DNA of 42,412 nucleotides, from positions 86,702,603 through 86,745,014 of the forward strand of contig NC_068983.1 in assembly GCF_001194135.2 (NCBI RefSeq), written 5' to 3'. The notes under the pieces are model-generated. The model was given only the letters and a program-made list of their open reading frames with translations. It ran no database searches and was not told the DNA's origin. This document shows positions 1 to 13,199 of the stretch, in pieces. How positions within the stretch are numbered: position 1 is the first letter of the stretch; each line of letters starts with the position of its first letter. This DNA is from Octopus bimaculoides (Eukaryota). Both the position numbers and the translations under genes were made by a program.

Positions 1-740
1 TACAAAGTCATGTGATAGAAAAAAAGGGGATAAAGACAGAGAGAAAAAGGAAAGAAAAAATGAAAAAAGAAAACAAAGAAAATAAAGGGGGAAAAGGGAA
101 AAAATTCATAGTGACAATGCTCTTCTTAATACGCGTGACGTACTAGTTAAGATAATCTTTTGCCCTTCCTGTATGGATGGCAAGCTAGGGATCATCCTTA
201 AATGATTTTCAATTCTTTTTTGATCATTCCAAGCGCTCCTACAATTGCTGGTATTGTAACCGTCTTGAGATGCCACATCTTTTCGATTTCAATCAGCAAA
301 TCTTTATATTTTCTGAGCTTATCAAACTCTTTTGCCGAGATATTATGATCACAAGGTATTCTCTTGTCAATCGATAAACAGATTTTTTTTTGCTTTTGTC
401 TTTCACAACAATATCTGGTTTATTAGCTTTGATTGCCCGATCTATATGTACTGGAAAGTCCCAAAGAATCGTTACATTTTCTCCCTCAGTTACAGCCTCA
501 GGGTGGTATTCGTACCATTTGTCAGCAGTTTTGGTTTTATAATACTGACATATTATCCAGTGTAGACATTGGCCAACTCTGTCATTATACTCAACCGGTG
601 CTAAAACCTTACACCTAGAGATTAGATGGGCCACTGCTTCAGTCTCATCGTTGCAGTGTCAGCACTTTTGGTTTACTCCATTTTTCATCACATCGGCTTA
701 GTAGTTCCGGGTCAATAAGCTCTGATCTCGAGTGTCAATA
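1..740 (-). mobile_element. 5'-truncated R4/Dong-like non-LTR retrotransposon (CCHC knuckle + REL endonuclease + 3'UTR), decayed
   Basis: Minus-strand translation gives KC*HCNDETEAVAHLISRC (CCHC), ILWDFPVHIDRAIKANKPDIVVKD (REL PD motif) and, after a frameshift, KLRKYKDLLIEIEKMWHLKTVTIPAIVGALG...STSRVLRRALSL* (stop 106-108). The 5' end abuts (TAA)n. Confidence 0.85.
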
Positions 741-743
741 AGC

Positions 744-805
<62 letters not shown>
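744..805. repeat. (TTA)n microsatellite
   Basis: Perfect triplet run at the 5' junction of the LINE remnant. Confidence 0.95.
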
Positions 806-1619
806 GCTGTCGTTGTTGTTGTTTAGCATTACGTCGGGCCTTGGTGATCACTTAAATTCTAAATCATTCAAAAGGGTCGCCTTATTTTCAAGAATAATAT
901 ACTACAAAATATGTTGTCCATTGTATTCCCATAGCAGTTTGGTCATTAATTCTATTTTTGGAACTGTGGGGCTCGGAGGATATAAAGCTATAGATAATAG
1001 CAAGTACATATTGAGTTCAAAAACCCTTATGGATAGAAAAAAGTCTGCTTTTGGGACACAAACCCACATCTCCTGTAGATATGACAGCATTCGGCTTTTC
1101 TATCCAAAAGGGTTTTCAGCCCAATATTTCCAGGCTATTTATAGCTTTATGTACTTCGAGATCCACTGTTCCAAAAAGGAATTATAACCATTTTGAAATT
1201 ATAACTTTTTGGAATAATAACCAAAATGCTTGCTTATTATTCCCATTATATCAAACGACCGTGTAGGTTTCGGGTGGTGGGGAAGCTCCCTTGTTGGATC
1301 AAGAATAAACAAACAAAACAGTGATTGTTATAAAGATTAAACTATCAGTATTCTGATTTAGTGTTTCAGAATTTCTTCCTGAGTAGTGATTATTGATATC
1401 AATAAAATCGTGTTTAATGGCTTAACAATACGTATTTTCATTAACCCATTATAATTAGTTCCGTGATAAACGACTAGTAATTAAAAACGAATATTAAACA
1501 CTTCATTATTTAACGTTGAATGAAATGTTAATTATCCTCCGTGTTTTCCTTCATTGTGTTTTCATTTACTTTTATTTCTTAATTTTTTTAGCAATATTTA
1601 AAGACTAAAAGAAGATTTG

Positions 1620-1900
1620 TTTTCTGTGGTTGTTGTTGTTGCTGCCGTTGATGTTTTTGTTGTTCTTGTTGTTGTTGCTACTATTATTATTGATGTTGTT
1701 GTTGTTGTTATTGCCGTTTTTGTTACTATTGTTATTGAGTTATGACGACTGTTAGCGGTGTTATCGCTGCTACTTGTTCTTATCATTTTTATTCTTGCTG
1801 TTGTTCCCGTTATTGTTAAATATTATGGCGGTAACGGCAGCGGCAGCGGTGGTGGTGGTGGTGATGGTGGTACTGTTGTTTGTATCGTTGCTGTTGTCTT
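1620..1900. repeat. Mixed (GTT/ATT/GCT/GGT)n low-complexity tract
   Basis: Degenerate triplet runs. Confidence 0.8.
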
Positions 1901-3598
1901 CTGAGAAATTTCTTCTCAGACTCTGTTCATCAGCGCCCTAAACTGTTCTTATCCTGATGGTGTCTGCTGTGTCCCTGATCAGGAAAATGCTAAAATGTAC
2001 AGAAAAGAATAAAGGAGATATCTTTAGACAAACCAAGCGCGAGAGGCAGAACCGTTACATTTGTACCGGTCCATTCTCTGGAGATTTGACCATAATTAAT
2101 GCTCTTGGGACAGTACCGGGTACAGATAGTCGGCCCTATCATTAGTTTTGGCTGATGCGAACTGATTAGCGCCCCATCGAAGTCAGACTTCTTGCAACCC
2201 AGTCTCCGAGGTGAAGAAAGACATGGATAAATCTGCCGAGTATCGCAAACGTTTGTGCTTTTTGATTATATTATCGCATCAACTCAGTATTCAAAGGAAC
2301 CATGAGCCTAAAGTTGTGTATTGAGTAGCCCTTGTTTTGATCCTTGAAAGGACCATCCAGCAACTTTTGATCAGAATATTTTTCTAACGTTTTGGGGAAA
2401 AAAATTCTCTACGATGTGGCTCTCAGCAGAAGTCTTTCTTAAAAGTATCCGTATTCGTCTGTATAAATTTCATCAAATTCTTGCTCCACTTCTGGAAAAC
2501 TCAAAATTTGAAGAATTCGTCAGAGCGTAGTTGATTTTTTTACTATTATTTCCAGGAGATCAAATGATAACGTAAACTCATAGAGGGTCCTTCATTGGGT
2601 CTTAAGGTTTCAATTTGTTGCTGTTACTACAGTAATCGTTGTTATTGTTGAAGGCTGTAATCTGGATGAATTGCAAAAGCGTCAGACAAAATGCTTAACG
2701 GCATTCATTCTGGCTCTTTATTGTCTCGGAGATACTTATGGTAGTTGAAATGACATTAGCGTCTATTTCTAATTTCGGTACGTGGCGAAGCAATTAGCTG
2801 ACCTCTGACTATAATTATGTATATAATTACAGAATATTTTATATATATATATATATATANNNNNNNNNNNNNNNNNNNNNNNNNNNNNNNNNNNNNNNNN
2901 NNNNNNNNNNNNNNNNNNNNNNNNNNNNNNNNNNNNNNNNNNNNNNNNNNNNNNNNNNNNNNNNNNNNNNNNNNNNNNNNNNNNNNNNNNNNNNNNNNNN
3001 NNNNNNNNNNNNNNNNNNNNNNNNNNNNNNNNNNNNNNNNNNNNNNNNNNNNNNNNNNNNNNNNNNNNNNNNNNNNNNNNNNNNNNNNNNNNNNNNNNNN
3101 NNNNNNNNNNNNNNNNNNNNNNNNNNNNNNNNNNNNNNNNNNNNNNNNNNNNNNNNNNNNNNNNNNNNNNNNNNNNNNNNNNNNNNNNNNNNNNNNNNNN
3201 NNNNNNNNNNNNNNNNNNNNNNNNNNNNNNNNNNNNNNNNNNNNNNNNNNNNNNNNNNNNNNNNNNNNNNNNNNNNNNNNNNNNNNNNNNNNNNNNNNNN
3301 NNNNNNNNNNNNNNNNNNNNNNNNNNNNNNNNNNNNNNNNNNNNNNNNNNNNNNNNNNNNNNNNNNNNNNNNNNNNNNNNNNNNNNNNNNNNNNNNNNNN
3401 NNNNNNNNNNNNNNNNNNNNNNNNNNNNNNNNNNNNNNNNNNNNNNNNNNNNNNNNNNNNNNNNNNNNNNNNNNNNNNNNNNNNNNNNNNNNNNNNNNNN
3501 NNNNNNNNNNNNNNNNNNNNNNNNNNNNNNNNNNNNNNNNNNNNNNNNNNNNNNNNNNNNNNNNNNNNNNNNNNNNNNNNNNNNNNNNNNNNNNNNNN

Positions 3599-3655
<57 letters not shown>

Positions 3656-3834
3656 ATACAAACAGTAAAGCAAAGGAGAAATCTGAAAGTGGCAAAGAAC
3701 GGAAGACGTTAAAGTAAAAAATTGGCTCCTTATTGCAGTTGTTATAGTTGTTGATGCGCCGCGTAGAATGAATGACTGGTTAAATAAACAAACAAAATAA
3801 ATAAGTAAACAAACAAACAAGAAGAGTTGCTTAC

Positions 3835-3919
3835 TTCATTAACTTCCGTGTCATTGTGGGCGTGAACAGGTCACGTGTCATGTCACATGGCTGACAGATG
3901 GACGTAAAATACTTTGCAC
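3835..3919 (-). CDS. Candidate internal exon of an unidentified host gene (85 bp)
   Basis: Strong acceptor (ttttatttctcctctgtAG) and donor (AA|GTAAGC). One open frame: xAKYFTSICQPCDMTRDLFTPTMTRKLMx. No homology recognised. Confidence 0.35.
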
Positions 3920-3994
3920 CTACAGAGGAGAAATAAAACACTAAAATGAAAAAAAAGATGGAGATTGGAAAGCAAACGTAGATGACAGCTATAT

Positions 3995-4263
3995 GAAGGA
4001 GATGATAATGATGAGATTGATGATGATGACGACTACGACGGCGGCGGTGGCGATGATGATGATGATGATGCAGATGATGATGACGACGATGATTTTGGTG
4101 GTGGTGTTGGTGGTGGTAATCAGAGGACTACGACAATGACGACAACGACGATGACAATAACCATGGTAGGGGAATGTGCTTGAGTTTGGTGGAGTTAAGT
4201 TTGGGAAGACAGAAATAAACAATGATGACTGGATAAGGACTATAAAGATTTCTTACAGAAGCC

Positions 4264-4320
<57 letters not shown>

Positions 4321-4322
4321 AT
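3995..4322. repeat. (GAT/GAC/GGT)n triplet tract ending in perfect (GAT)n
   Basis: Direct reading. Confidence 0.9.
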
Positions 4323-4369
4323 TGATGGGCAGTATAATAATAGAGCAATGCCAACGTCTCTCAGAGGAA

Positions 4370-4422
4370 AATACCGCTGAGGTCATATATGTCTTTCATC
4401 TTTTCGGGGGTCACAAAATGAA
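4370..4422 (+). mobile_element. Degraded SINE-A core remnant
   Basis: ccgctgaggtcatatatgtctttcatcttttcgggggtcacaaaatgaagtaacagt aligns to the SINE-A core ccgccgaggtcgactttgcctttcatcctttcggggtcgataaattaagtaccagt seen elsewhere in the window. Confidence 0.55.
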
Positions 4423-4929
4423 GTAACAGTCCTGACGAAATTGTTAAAGCCTTGGACAATTGCTGGGCAATGTTTGCTCCATCTCTTTTATGTTCTGAAT
4501 CACTCAGTAGGTGTGATGAACTTGTCTGTGTGTAACTAACTTGATGAGTATCTTGTAAAAAAAAAAAATAATCCAAATCCAGCAGTAATGGATGATTTTA
4601 TTCTCCCATTAAGATCCCGGCGCTTCTCAACGAAGTTGCCAGGAAACCAAATACTGCACTCAACGTTTCTGCCATATTAACAACCAGTTACTGGATCGTT
4701 ATAAAAATATAAAAGTATCGTTTTATTTCTCAAACAATCTCGTAGTGTGTTACGTAGCTTGTGGATCCCAAATCCGTAACTTTGGTATCGATTACGGGTT
4801 GTCGCTGTTACACTCGTTGTTATTGTTTAGTTCCGAGTTTAGCACTAAAAGATTAGACCAATGATCAAAATATATCGAACTGTGATGATTATACGCACAG
4901 TAAATAATATATATATAATATATATATAT

Positions 4930-5075
4930 TAGCAGTTCGGCAACAGAGACCAATAGAATAAGTACCAAACTTTAAAAAATAAGTACTGAAGTGGATTCAT
5001 TCGACTAAAATAATTCAAGGTGGTGCCCCAGTATGGCAAGAGTCTCATGACTGAACCAAGTAAAGAAAAAAGATA
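4930..5075 (+). mobile_element. SINE-B 3' fragment
   Basis: Matches the reverse complement of 7592-7750 and 23191-23330 (gttcggcaa..gagacc..atagaataagtac..atgactgaa.caagtaaa). Sits after a (TA)n tract. Confidence 0.75.
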
Positions 5076-5243
5076 GAAGATATTTTGAGCGAAAGTCCGT
5101 CAGACTTACTATAATCTTAAGCTGTAACACTTAATCTGTTGCTTGATTTAAAACCATTACTTGTCAATTGGATGCTTTTAACAGAGTCCCTTCTGTCACG
5201 AATATTTCAATTAGGTCCCAGACCTGTGGTTAACTATCTATGT

Positions 5244-5580
5244 CAGTGGTTCTCAACCGAGATCCATATGGCCCCCGAAGGTCCATATAAGATTTTGGGG
5301 TTTCACGCAACTAAATAGTAAATCGGAATCTGCAATAGTATTTTAAGGGCCCCTGAAAAAAGTTTGCTTTAGATGCGTATGTATCAAGAAACAGCTAGGT
5401 TTCTTTCTCTAACATTTTACACAGTTCAACCTACACAACTGGATGAGTGAATAACAAAATAGGTATTTTGAAAGAAGCTTCTATAAAACTAGTTTTAAAC
5501 ATTGAACGCCTATAGGGGGGTCCACCGGAATAAAACAGAAACAAAGGGGTCCATGGATAGAAAATAGTTGAGGACCCCTG
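5244..5580. mobile_element. hAT-type (Charlie-like) MITE, complete
   Basis: 15-bp TIRs CAGTGGTTCTCAACC / AGTTGAGGACCCCTG. Perfect 8-bp TSD ATCTATGT at 5236-5243 and 5581-5588. Confidence 0.9.
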
Positions 5581-6485
5581 ATCTATGTGCTATGGCTTCT
5601 TGTTTCCCCGCCACCATTAATCTCGAAGGCCTTGAGAATAAAAAGTATATGGGGAAAAGGTCTTTCTCCTGTGAGTAAGCAATAAAAAAAATTTCACGGT
5701 CCATGCTAGCTCACAACTTTTCGGAGAAATAATATAAAGGCTGATTATGAAATCAGCAAACAGAAACTTCACCATCTGTACCCATGAAAAGACAAGAGAA
5801 ACTAACAAAAGAAACCAGAAAGAGCCTTTGTCACATGCAGAACATGATTACTAAATGAAATGGCTATGTTTAATAAAATGCTCTGATGCTTACTTCCGTT
5901 GCTTTTGTTGTTGATTCTGTTTCTGAGAGATTTTATTTCAGTTTAACTCTATTATTAGCCATGAATTATCTCTGCAAATTATCATAAAAATTATTAATTA
6001 GGGCAATAATAGTTGTTTAAATTAAGAGACAATTAGTCACTAGAAAACAACGTGCTGCTCGTAGTATAGACTAAACTATACAACACACATGTTAAATAAA
6101 CCGACGTTGCACCGAAAGTATCACTCTCTCCTTCGTCATCCTTATTGTGTTTTAAACTCCCCAGCTATTCTCTAAACCTTTTTATCCAGTGATACCTCAC
6201 TAAAACTCTTATCCTCTGAAACTGTCTACACTCAACATATATATAACCTTATGTGAGTAAATATAATACATAAAGACTTCGTTTTCCAGGTCTCTTTAGC
6301 ATCCTTGGTTGGATTATTTATACATCTACATACATCAATCATTCTTTTACGATCCCCATTTTACAAGTTTCTTTCAAGATATCTATTCTCCTTGCCTCGT
6401 TTACTTTTTGTATGTATGTATGAGTTGAGGCATGCATGCATATTATGTGTCTATCTATATCTATATATATGGGTGTGTATGTAAG

Positions 6486-6543
<58 letters not shown>

Positions 6544-6644
6544 TTCACACACATACATCACATGCATACATTAGTGACAATCTGGATTAGCTAGCGTTTG
6601 AAGAAAAAGAAATCAACCAATTCGCATGTTACCAATACAATTTG

Positions 6645-6659
6645 TAAGTAGTGGTAGTG

Positions 6660-6716
<57 letters not shown>
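6645..6716. repeat. (TAG)n microsatellite
   Basis: Direct reading. Confidence 0.95.
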
Positions 6717-6717
<1 letters not shown>

Positions 6718-6848
6718 GGGTGGGATTGCGCTGTAACAGCGCATTGCCGCATCCACCATTTTTGTTGACGATTCCCTACTCCCGGCGGATGACATCTCTA
6801 CACCACACAGGCGACAATTCTCCAACCCATTAGTCTGTCTGGGTAATC

Positions 6849-6895
6849 ATTACTGATGAGGGTTTTACTAGCTCGAAATACAAATCCTATCTCAT
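6849..6895 (+). ncRNA. Degenerate type I hammerhead ribozyme-like motif
   Basis: CTGATGA (6853-59), stem II GGGT/GCTC, GAAA (6875-78), stem III ATA/TAT, AUC site (C6891), stem I 3 of 4 pairs. Confidence 0.4.
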
Positions 6896-6970
6896 CCGCT
6901 TTTAGTCACCTCTTTACGACTAGCAGAGGAATCGCTGGGTCTATTCTTCGACATGCCGGTCCCCACACAG
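6896..6970 (-). mobile_element. Old SINE-like remnant
   Basis: Minus strand cctctgctagtcgtaaagaggtgactaaaag resembles a conserved invertebrate SINE body motif (from memory). Boundaries uncertain. Confidence 0.3.
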
Positions 6971-7161
6971 TAGTACAATCTGTTAGTGGAACAGTAAAAA
7001 TATGCGAGACTTTTCTCAAGTTTAAAATGTGAATTTGTTTTTGTTGTCTACATTCCGATGATGGAGTTTGACATCTTTGTTAGAAATCAGCTCCTTCTTT
7101 TAAAGGATGATTTCAATCAATGATAAACAGAAGAGAACATATTTTCACATACACGCGTACA

Positions 7162-7551
7162 TTGTTGTTGTTGTTGACACTCCGTCGCTTACGACGTCGA
7201 GGGTTCCAGTTGATCCGATCAACGGAACAGCCTGCTCGTGAAATTAACGTGCTAGTGGCTGAGCACTCCACAGACACGTGTACCCTTAACGTAGTCCTCG
7301 GGGAGAGTCAGCGTGACACAGAGTGTGATAAGGCTGATCCTTTGAATTACAGGCACAACAGAAACAGGAAGAGTGAGAGAGAGTTGTGGTGAAAGAGTAC
7401 AGCAGGGTTCGCCACCATCCCCTGTCGGAGCCTCGTGGAGCTTTAGGTGTTTTCGCTCAATAAACACTCACAACGCCCGGTCTGGGAATCGAAACCGCGA
7501 TCCTATGACCGCGAGTCCGCTGCCCTAACCACTGGGCCATTGCGCCTCCAC
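7162..7551 (-). mobile_element. Complete tRNA-derived SINE-C (tRNA-Arg-like head, (CAA)n tail)
   Basis: Head GGAGGCGCAATGGCCCAGTGGTTAGGGCAGCGGACTCGCGGTCATAGGATCGCGGTTTCGATTCCC with A and B boxes, (CAA)5 tail, and a 12-bp TSD acacgcg(t/a)acat at 7151-7162 and 7552-7563. Confidence 0.85.
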
Positions 7552-7591
7552 ACACGCGAACATATATACATACATATACGCACATACATAT

Positions 7592-7810
7592 ATTCTTTTA
7601 TTCTTTTATTCGTTTACTTGTTTCAGTCATTTGACTGTGGCCATGCTGGAGCACTACCTCAAGGGTTTTAGTTAAACAAATCGACCCCAGGACATATTCT
7701 TTGTAAGTCTAGTACTTATTCTATCGGTCTCTTTTGCCGAGCCGCTAAGTTACGGGGGGACATAAATACACCAGCATCGGTTGCGCGGAGAAACACAGAC
7801 ACACACATGA

Positions 7811-7855
<45 letters not shown>

Positions 7856-8019
7856 CGATGGGCTTCTTTCAGTTTCCGTCTACCAAGTCCACTCACAAGG
7901 CTTTGGTCGGCCTGAGGCTATAGTGGAAGACACTTGCCCAAGGTGTCACGCAGTGGGACTGAACCAGAAACCATGTGGTTGGGAAGCAAACTTCTTACCA
8001 CACAGCTACGCTTGTGCCT
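7592..8019 (-). mobile_element. Complete bipartite SINE-B (tRNA head + internal (CA/TA)n + 3' body)
   Basis: Head gtagctgtgtggtaag...ggttcagtccc (A/B boxes), internal microsatellite at about 7800-7852, and a 3' body shared with 4930, 12975 and 23191. Confidence 0.85.
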
Positions 8020-8029
8020 ATATATCTTT

Positions 8030-8278
8030 TTATTCCTCCTCTCTCTCTCTCTCTTTCTCTCTCTCCACCACCCTCTCTCGCTCTCTTTCCTTCTTCCTCT
8101 GCTATAATTCTCCATCACCTTACTGTATCCTCCCTCTCTCTTTTTCCCTCTCCCCCTTTCTCCGCCTCTCTTTTTCATCTTTTATTTCTTCACACCCTTT
8201 CAATCTGTCGCAATACTCTCGCTCTCTCGCTCCCGTCTTTCACTCCTTTACACATCTCTCTCTCTATCTCTCTCTCTC

Positions 8279-8326
<48 letters not shown>

Positions 8327-8525
8327 CCTTCTTTCTCTCTCTCCCACTCACCCCCTTCTTTCTCTCTCTACCTCTCTGGCAACCTTACCGTCTTCCTTCA
8401 CGCATCTTTACACACTTTTTTCTTATTTATCTCATCAGCTCACTTCTCTCTCGCTAGTTCTTTGTCCCCCTTCTACCACCCTCTCACTTTTATTCCTTCT
8501 CTCTCACTCTCCCTCACACTCTTTC
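8030..8525. repeat. Polypyrimidine (CT)n-rich tract
   Basis: About 500 bp strongly C/T on the plus strand with a perfect (CT)n core. Confidence 0.9.
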
Positions 8526-8558
8526 ACATACACACACACACACACTCATACATAGTAC

Positions 8559-8729
8559 CTCTTCTTTTCATCAATCTCTCGCTCAGTCTGGCTAACTCCA
8601 TTCATAATACACATTACAAGACGGCTTCTAACTTGCCTAATTGACATACTGAACACAATGGCAGAATGAACAATTTGGAGGTCGAAACCATTGAATTCCC
8701 ATAACAACTTCCTACGGATGGCCACGTCT
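8559..8729 (-). CDS. Candidate internal exon (171 bp, phase 2/2)
   Basis: Acceptor ttgctttcatAG, donor AG|GTACTA. Single open frame xDVAIRRKLLWEFNGFDLQIVHSAIVFSMSIRQVRSRLVMCIMNGVSQTEREIDEKKx. An island of complex sequence between microsatellites. Confidence 0.3.
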
Positions 8730-9032
8730 CTATGAAAGCAATTCATTAAACATTTACCGAGATTAATTTACATGCGACTGACATCATCAGATTAGTTAGT
8801 TGTTATCTACCATCTCTTCTTGTGTCTGGTCGGTTTAAGCGTTGATCGAAACCCTTCTCTCAGGCTTACGATTTCATAAGCAAGCAAGCTGATATGTGCG
8901 TATGTATGTATGTATGTATGCATGTACACACACACATAATGTACATATATATGTAAGTATATGTGTATGTGAGTATACATAACACAATATATATGAATGT
9001 GTGTTTGTTCTATGTGTGTACACAGATATACA

Positions 9033-9074
<42 letters not shown>

Positions 9075-9143
9075 TTTCATACGTGTTAAACATCGATACA
9101 ATGCTAAAAGAGGCCTTCCTTCTGCGACTCCTCGGGTATATAA

Positions 9144-9186
<43 letters not shown>

Positions 9187-9530
9187 NNNNNNNNNNNNNN
9201 NNNNNNNNNNNNNNNNNNNNNNNNNNNNNNNNNNNNNNNNNNNNNNNNNNNNNNNNNNNNNNNNNNNNNNNNNNNNNNNNNNNNNNNNNNNNNNNNNNNN
9301 NNNNNNNNNNNNNNNNNNNNNNNNNNNNNNNNNNNNNNNNNNNNNNNNNNNNNNNNNNNNNNNNNNNNNNNNNNGCGTGTGTGCGCGTGCGTGTGTGTGC
9401 GCGTGCGTGTGTGCGCGCGTGCGTGTGTGCGCGCGTGCGTGTGTGCGCGCGTGCGTGTGTGCGCGCGTGCGTGTGTGCGCGCGTGCGTGTGTGCGCGCGT
9501 GCGTGTGTGCGCGCGTGTGTGTGTGTGCGT
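9144..9530. repeat. Alternating purine-pyrimidine tract with 16-bp unit GTGTGTGCGCGCGTGC
   Basis: (GT)n, then a gap, then 6 full units at 9407-9502 plus a partial unit. Confidence 0.9.
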
Positions 9531-9699
9531 TTGGGTGCGTGGGGTGGGAAGCTGGGTCGGCATTATATGTAGGTTAACCTAACAAGATAAAACAATATTT
9601 TAGATTAGTGTTTAGAATAAAAGAGAAATAAATTAAGGCACACATGGTGAGGCATTCATTAAAACTAAACAACTAATTAGCAGCTCCTATGTGGACATG

Positions 9700-12135
<2,436 letters not shown>

Positions 12136-12189
12136 AGCAATAAGAAAATGGAGGGGATCAAGAGGTGGTATTCACCAACTTTTAGACAT

Positions 12190-12446
12190 TATATTTATGT
12201 CTATATATTTTTTAAAAACCATTATAACAATAAACATACATGTATAACATATTATGCTTTACATATACAATATATAAAAATATCAGTAATTATTAAAATA
12301 TATAACGTAGATACTATTCTACTTCCTATGTTCTACGTTATGTATTTTAATAATTACTGGTATTTTTATATATGTAAAGCATATCTTATAAATGTATGTA
12401 TATTGTTATAATTGTTTTTAAAAAATAAATAAATAGACATAATATA
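12190..12446. repeat. AT-rich foldback palindrome (arms about 120 bp, loop about 20 bp)
   Basis: Left arm tatatttatgtc...ttattaaaatatataacgtaga pairs with tctacgttatgtattttaataattac...gacataatata. Loop 12312-12331. The right arm runs into a gap. Confidence 0.85.
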
Positions 12447-12974
12447 NNNNNNNNNNNNNNNNNNNNNNNNNNNNNNNNNNNNNNNNNNNNNNNNNNNNNN
12501 NNNNNNNNNNNNNNNNNNNNNNNNNNNNNNNNNNNNNNNNNNNNNNNNNNNNNNNNNNNNNNNNNNNNNNNNNNNNNNNNNNNNNNNNNNNNNNNTATAT
12601 ATATGTATATGTATATATATATATAATGTGTATACGCGCGCGCGCGCACACATACATGTTGTATAAATTAAGGGTAAAACAACTTTTTATCCTCACTCAT
12701 TTATTACAATCAGTAGTGTAATTGCCATGCAATGAAAAAAATACTTATGTATTAATAATTGGGTTTTCTACCAGTAGTATATTGGACAAATATTATCCCT
12801 TAGTTGGTTGGATTAACAATCTCTAACTCTTTTGGAATTATATATATACACACTACACGTACGCGCTTTTAGGCATGCCGACCAGTTATGTCTCCTTCGT
12901 TATATATAAATATATATTTGCACATACATATACATGCACATGTGCGTGTATATGTGTGTGTGTTTGTGTGTGTG

Positions 12975-13080
12975 TATCAAATGAGACTGATAGAATAAGT
13001 ACTAGACTTACAAAGTATAAGTCCAGGTTCGATTTGTTCAACTAATAGCCGCAGTCAAATGACTGAAACAAGTAAAAGAA
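12975..13080 (+). mobile_element. SINE-B 3' fragment
   Basis: gagactgatagaataagtactagacttacaaag...gcagtcaaatgactgaaacaagtaaaag, embedded in (TG)/(TA) tracts. Confidence 0.8.
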
Positions 13081-13199
13081 AATATGTATATGTATGTATA
13101 TATAAACTTCAAAGTCATTGTCACCACGCTTGTAAAAGAATTATATATATTGGCCGTGCAATAGAGGAAACACACACACACAGTGATTCATATATATAT

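Noticed and set aside
1895-1935. Minus-strand CTGATGA with a nearby hairpin
   Set aside because: GAAA does not follow the stem and there is no G10.1-C11.1 pair.
7480-7551. tRNA genes at SINE heads (also about 7950-8019, 23575-23653, 26865-26955)
   Set aside because: A and B boxes are present, but there is no proper acceptor stem and each continues into a SINE body.
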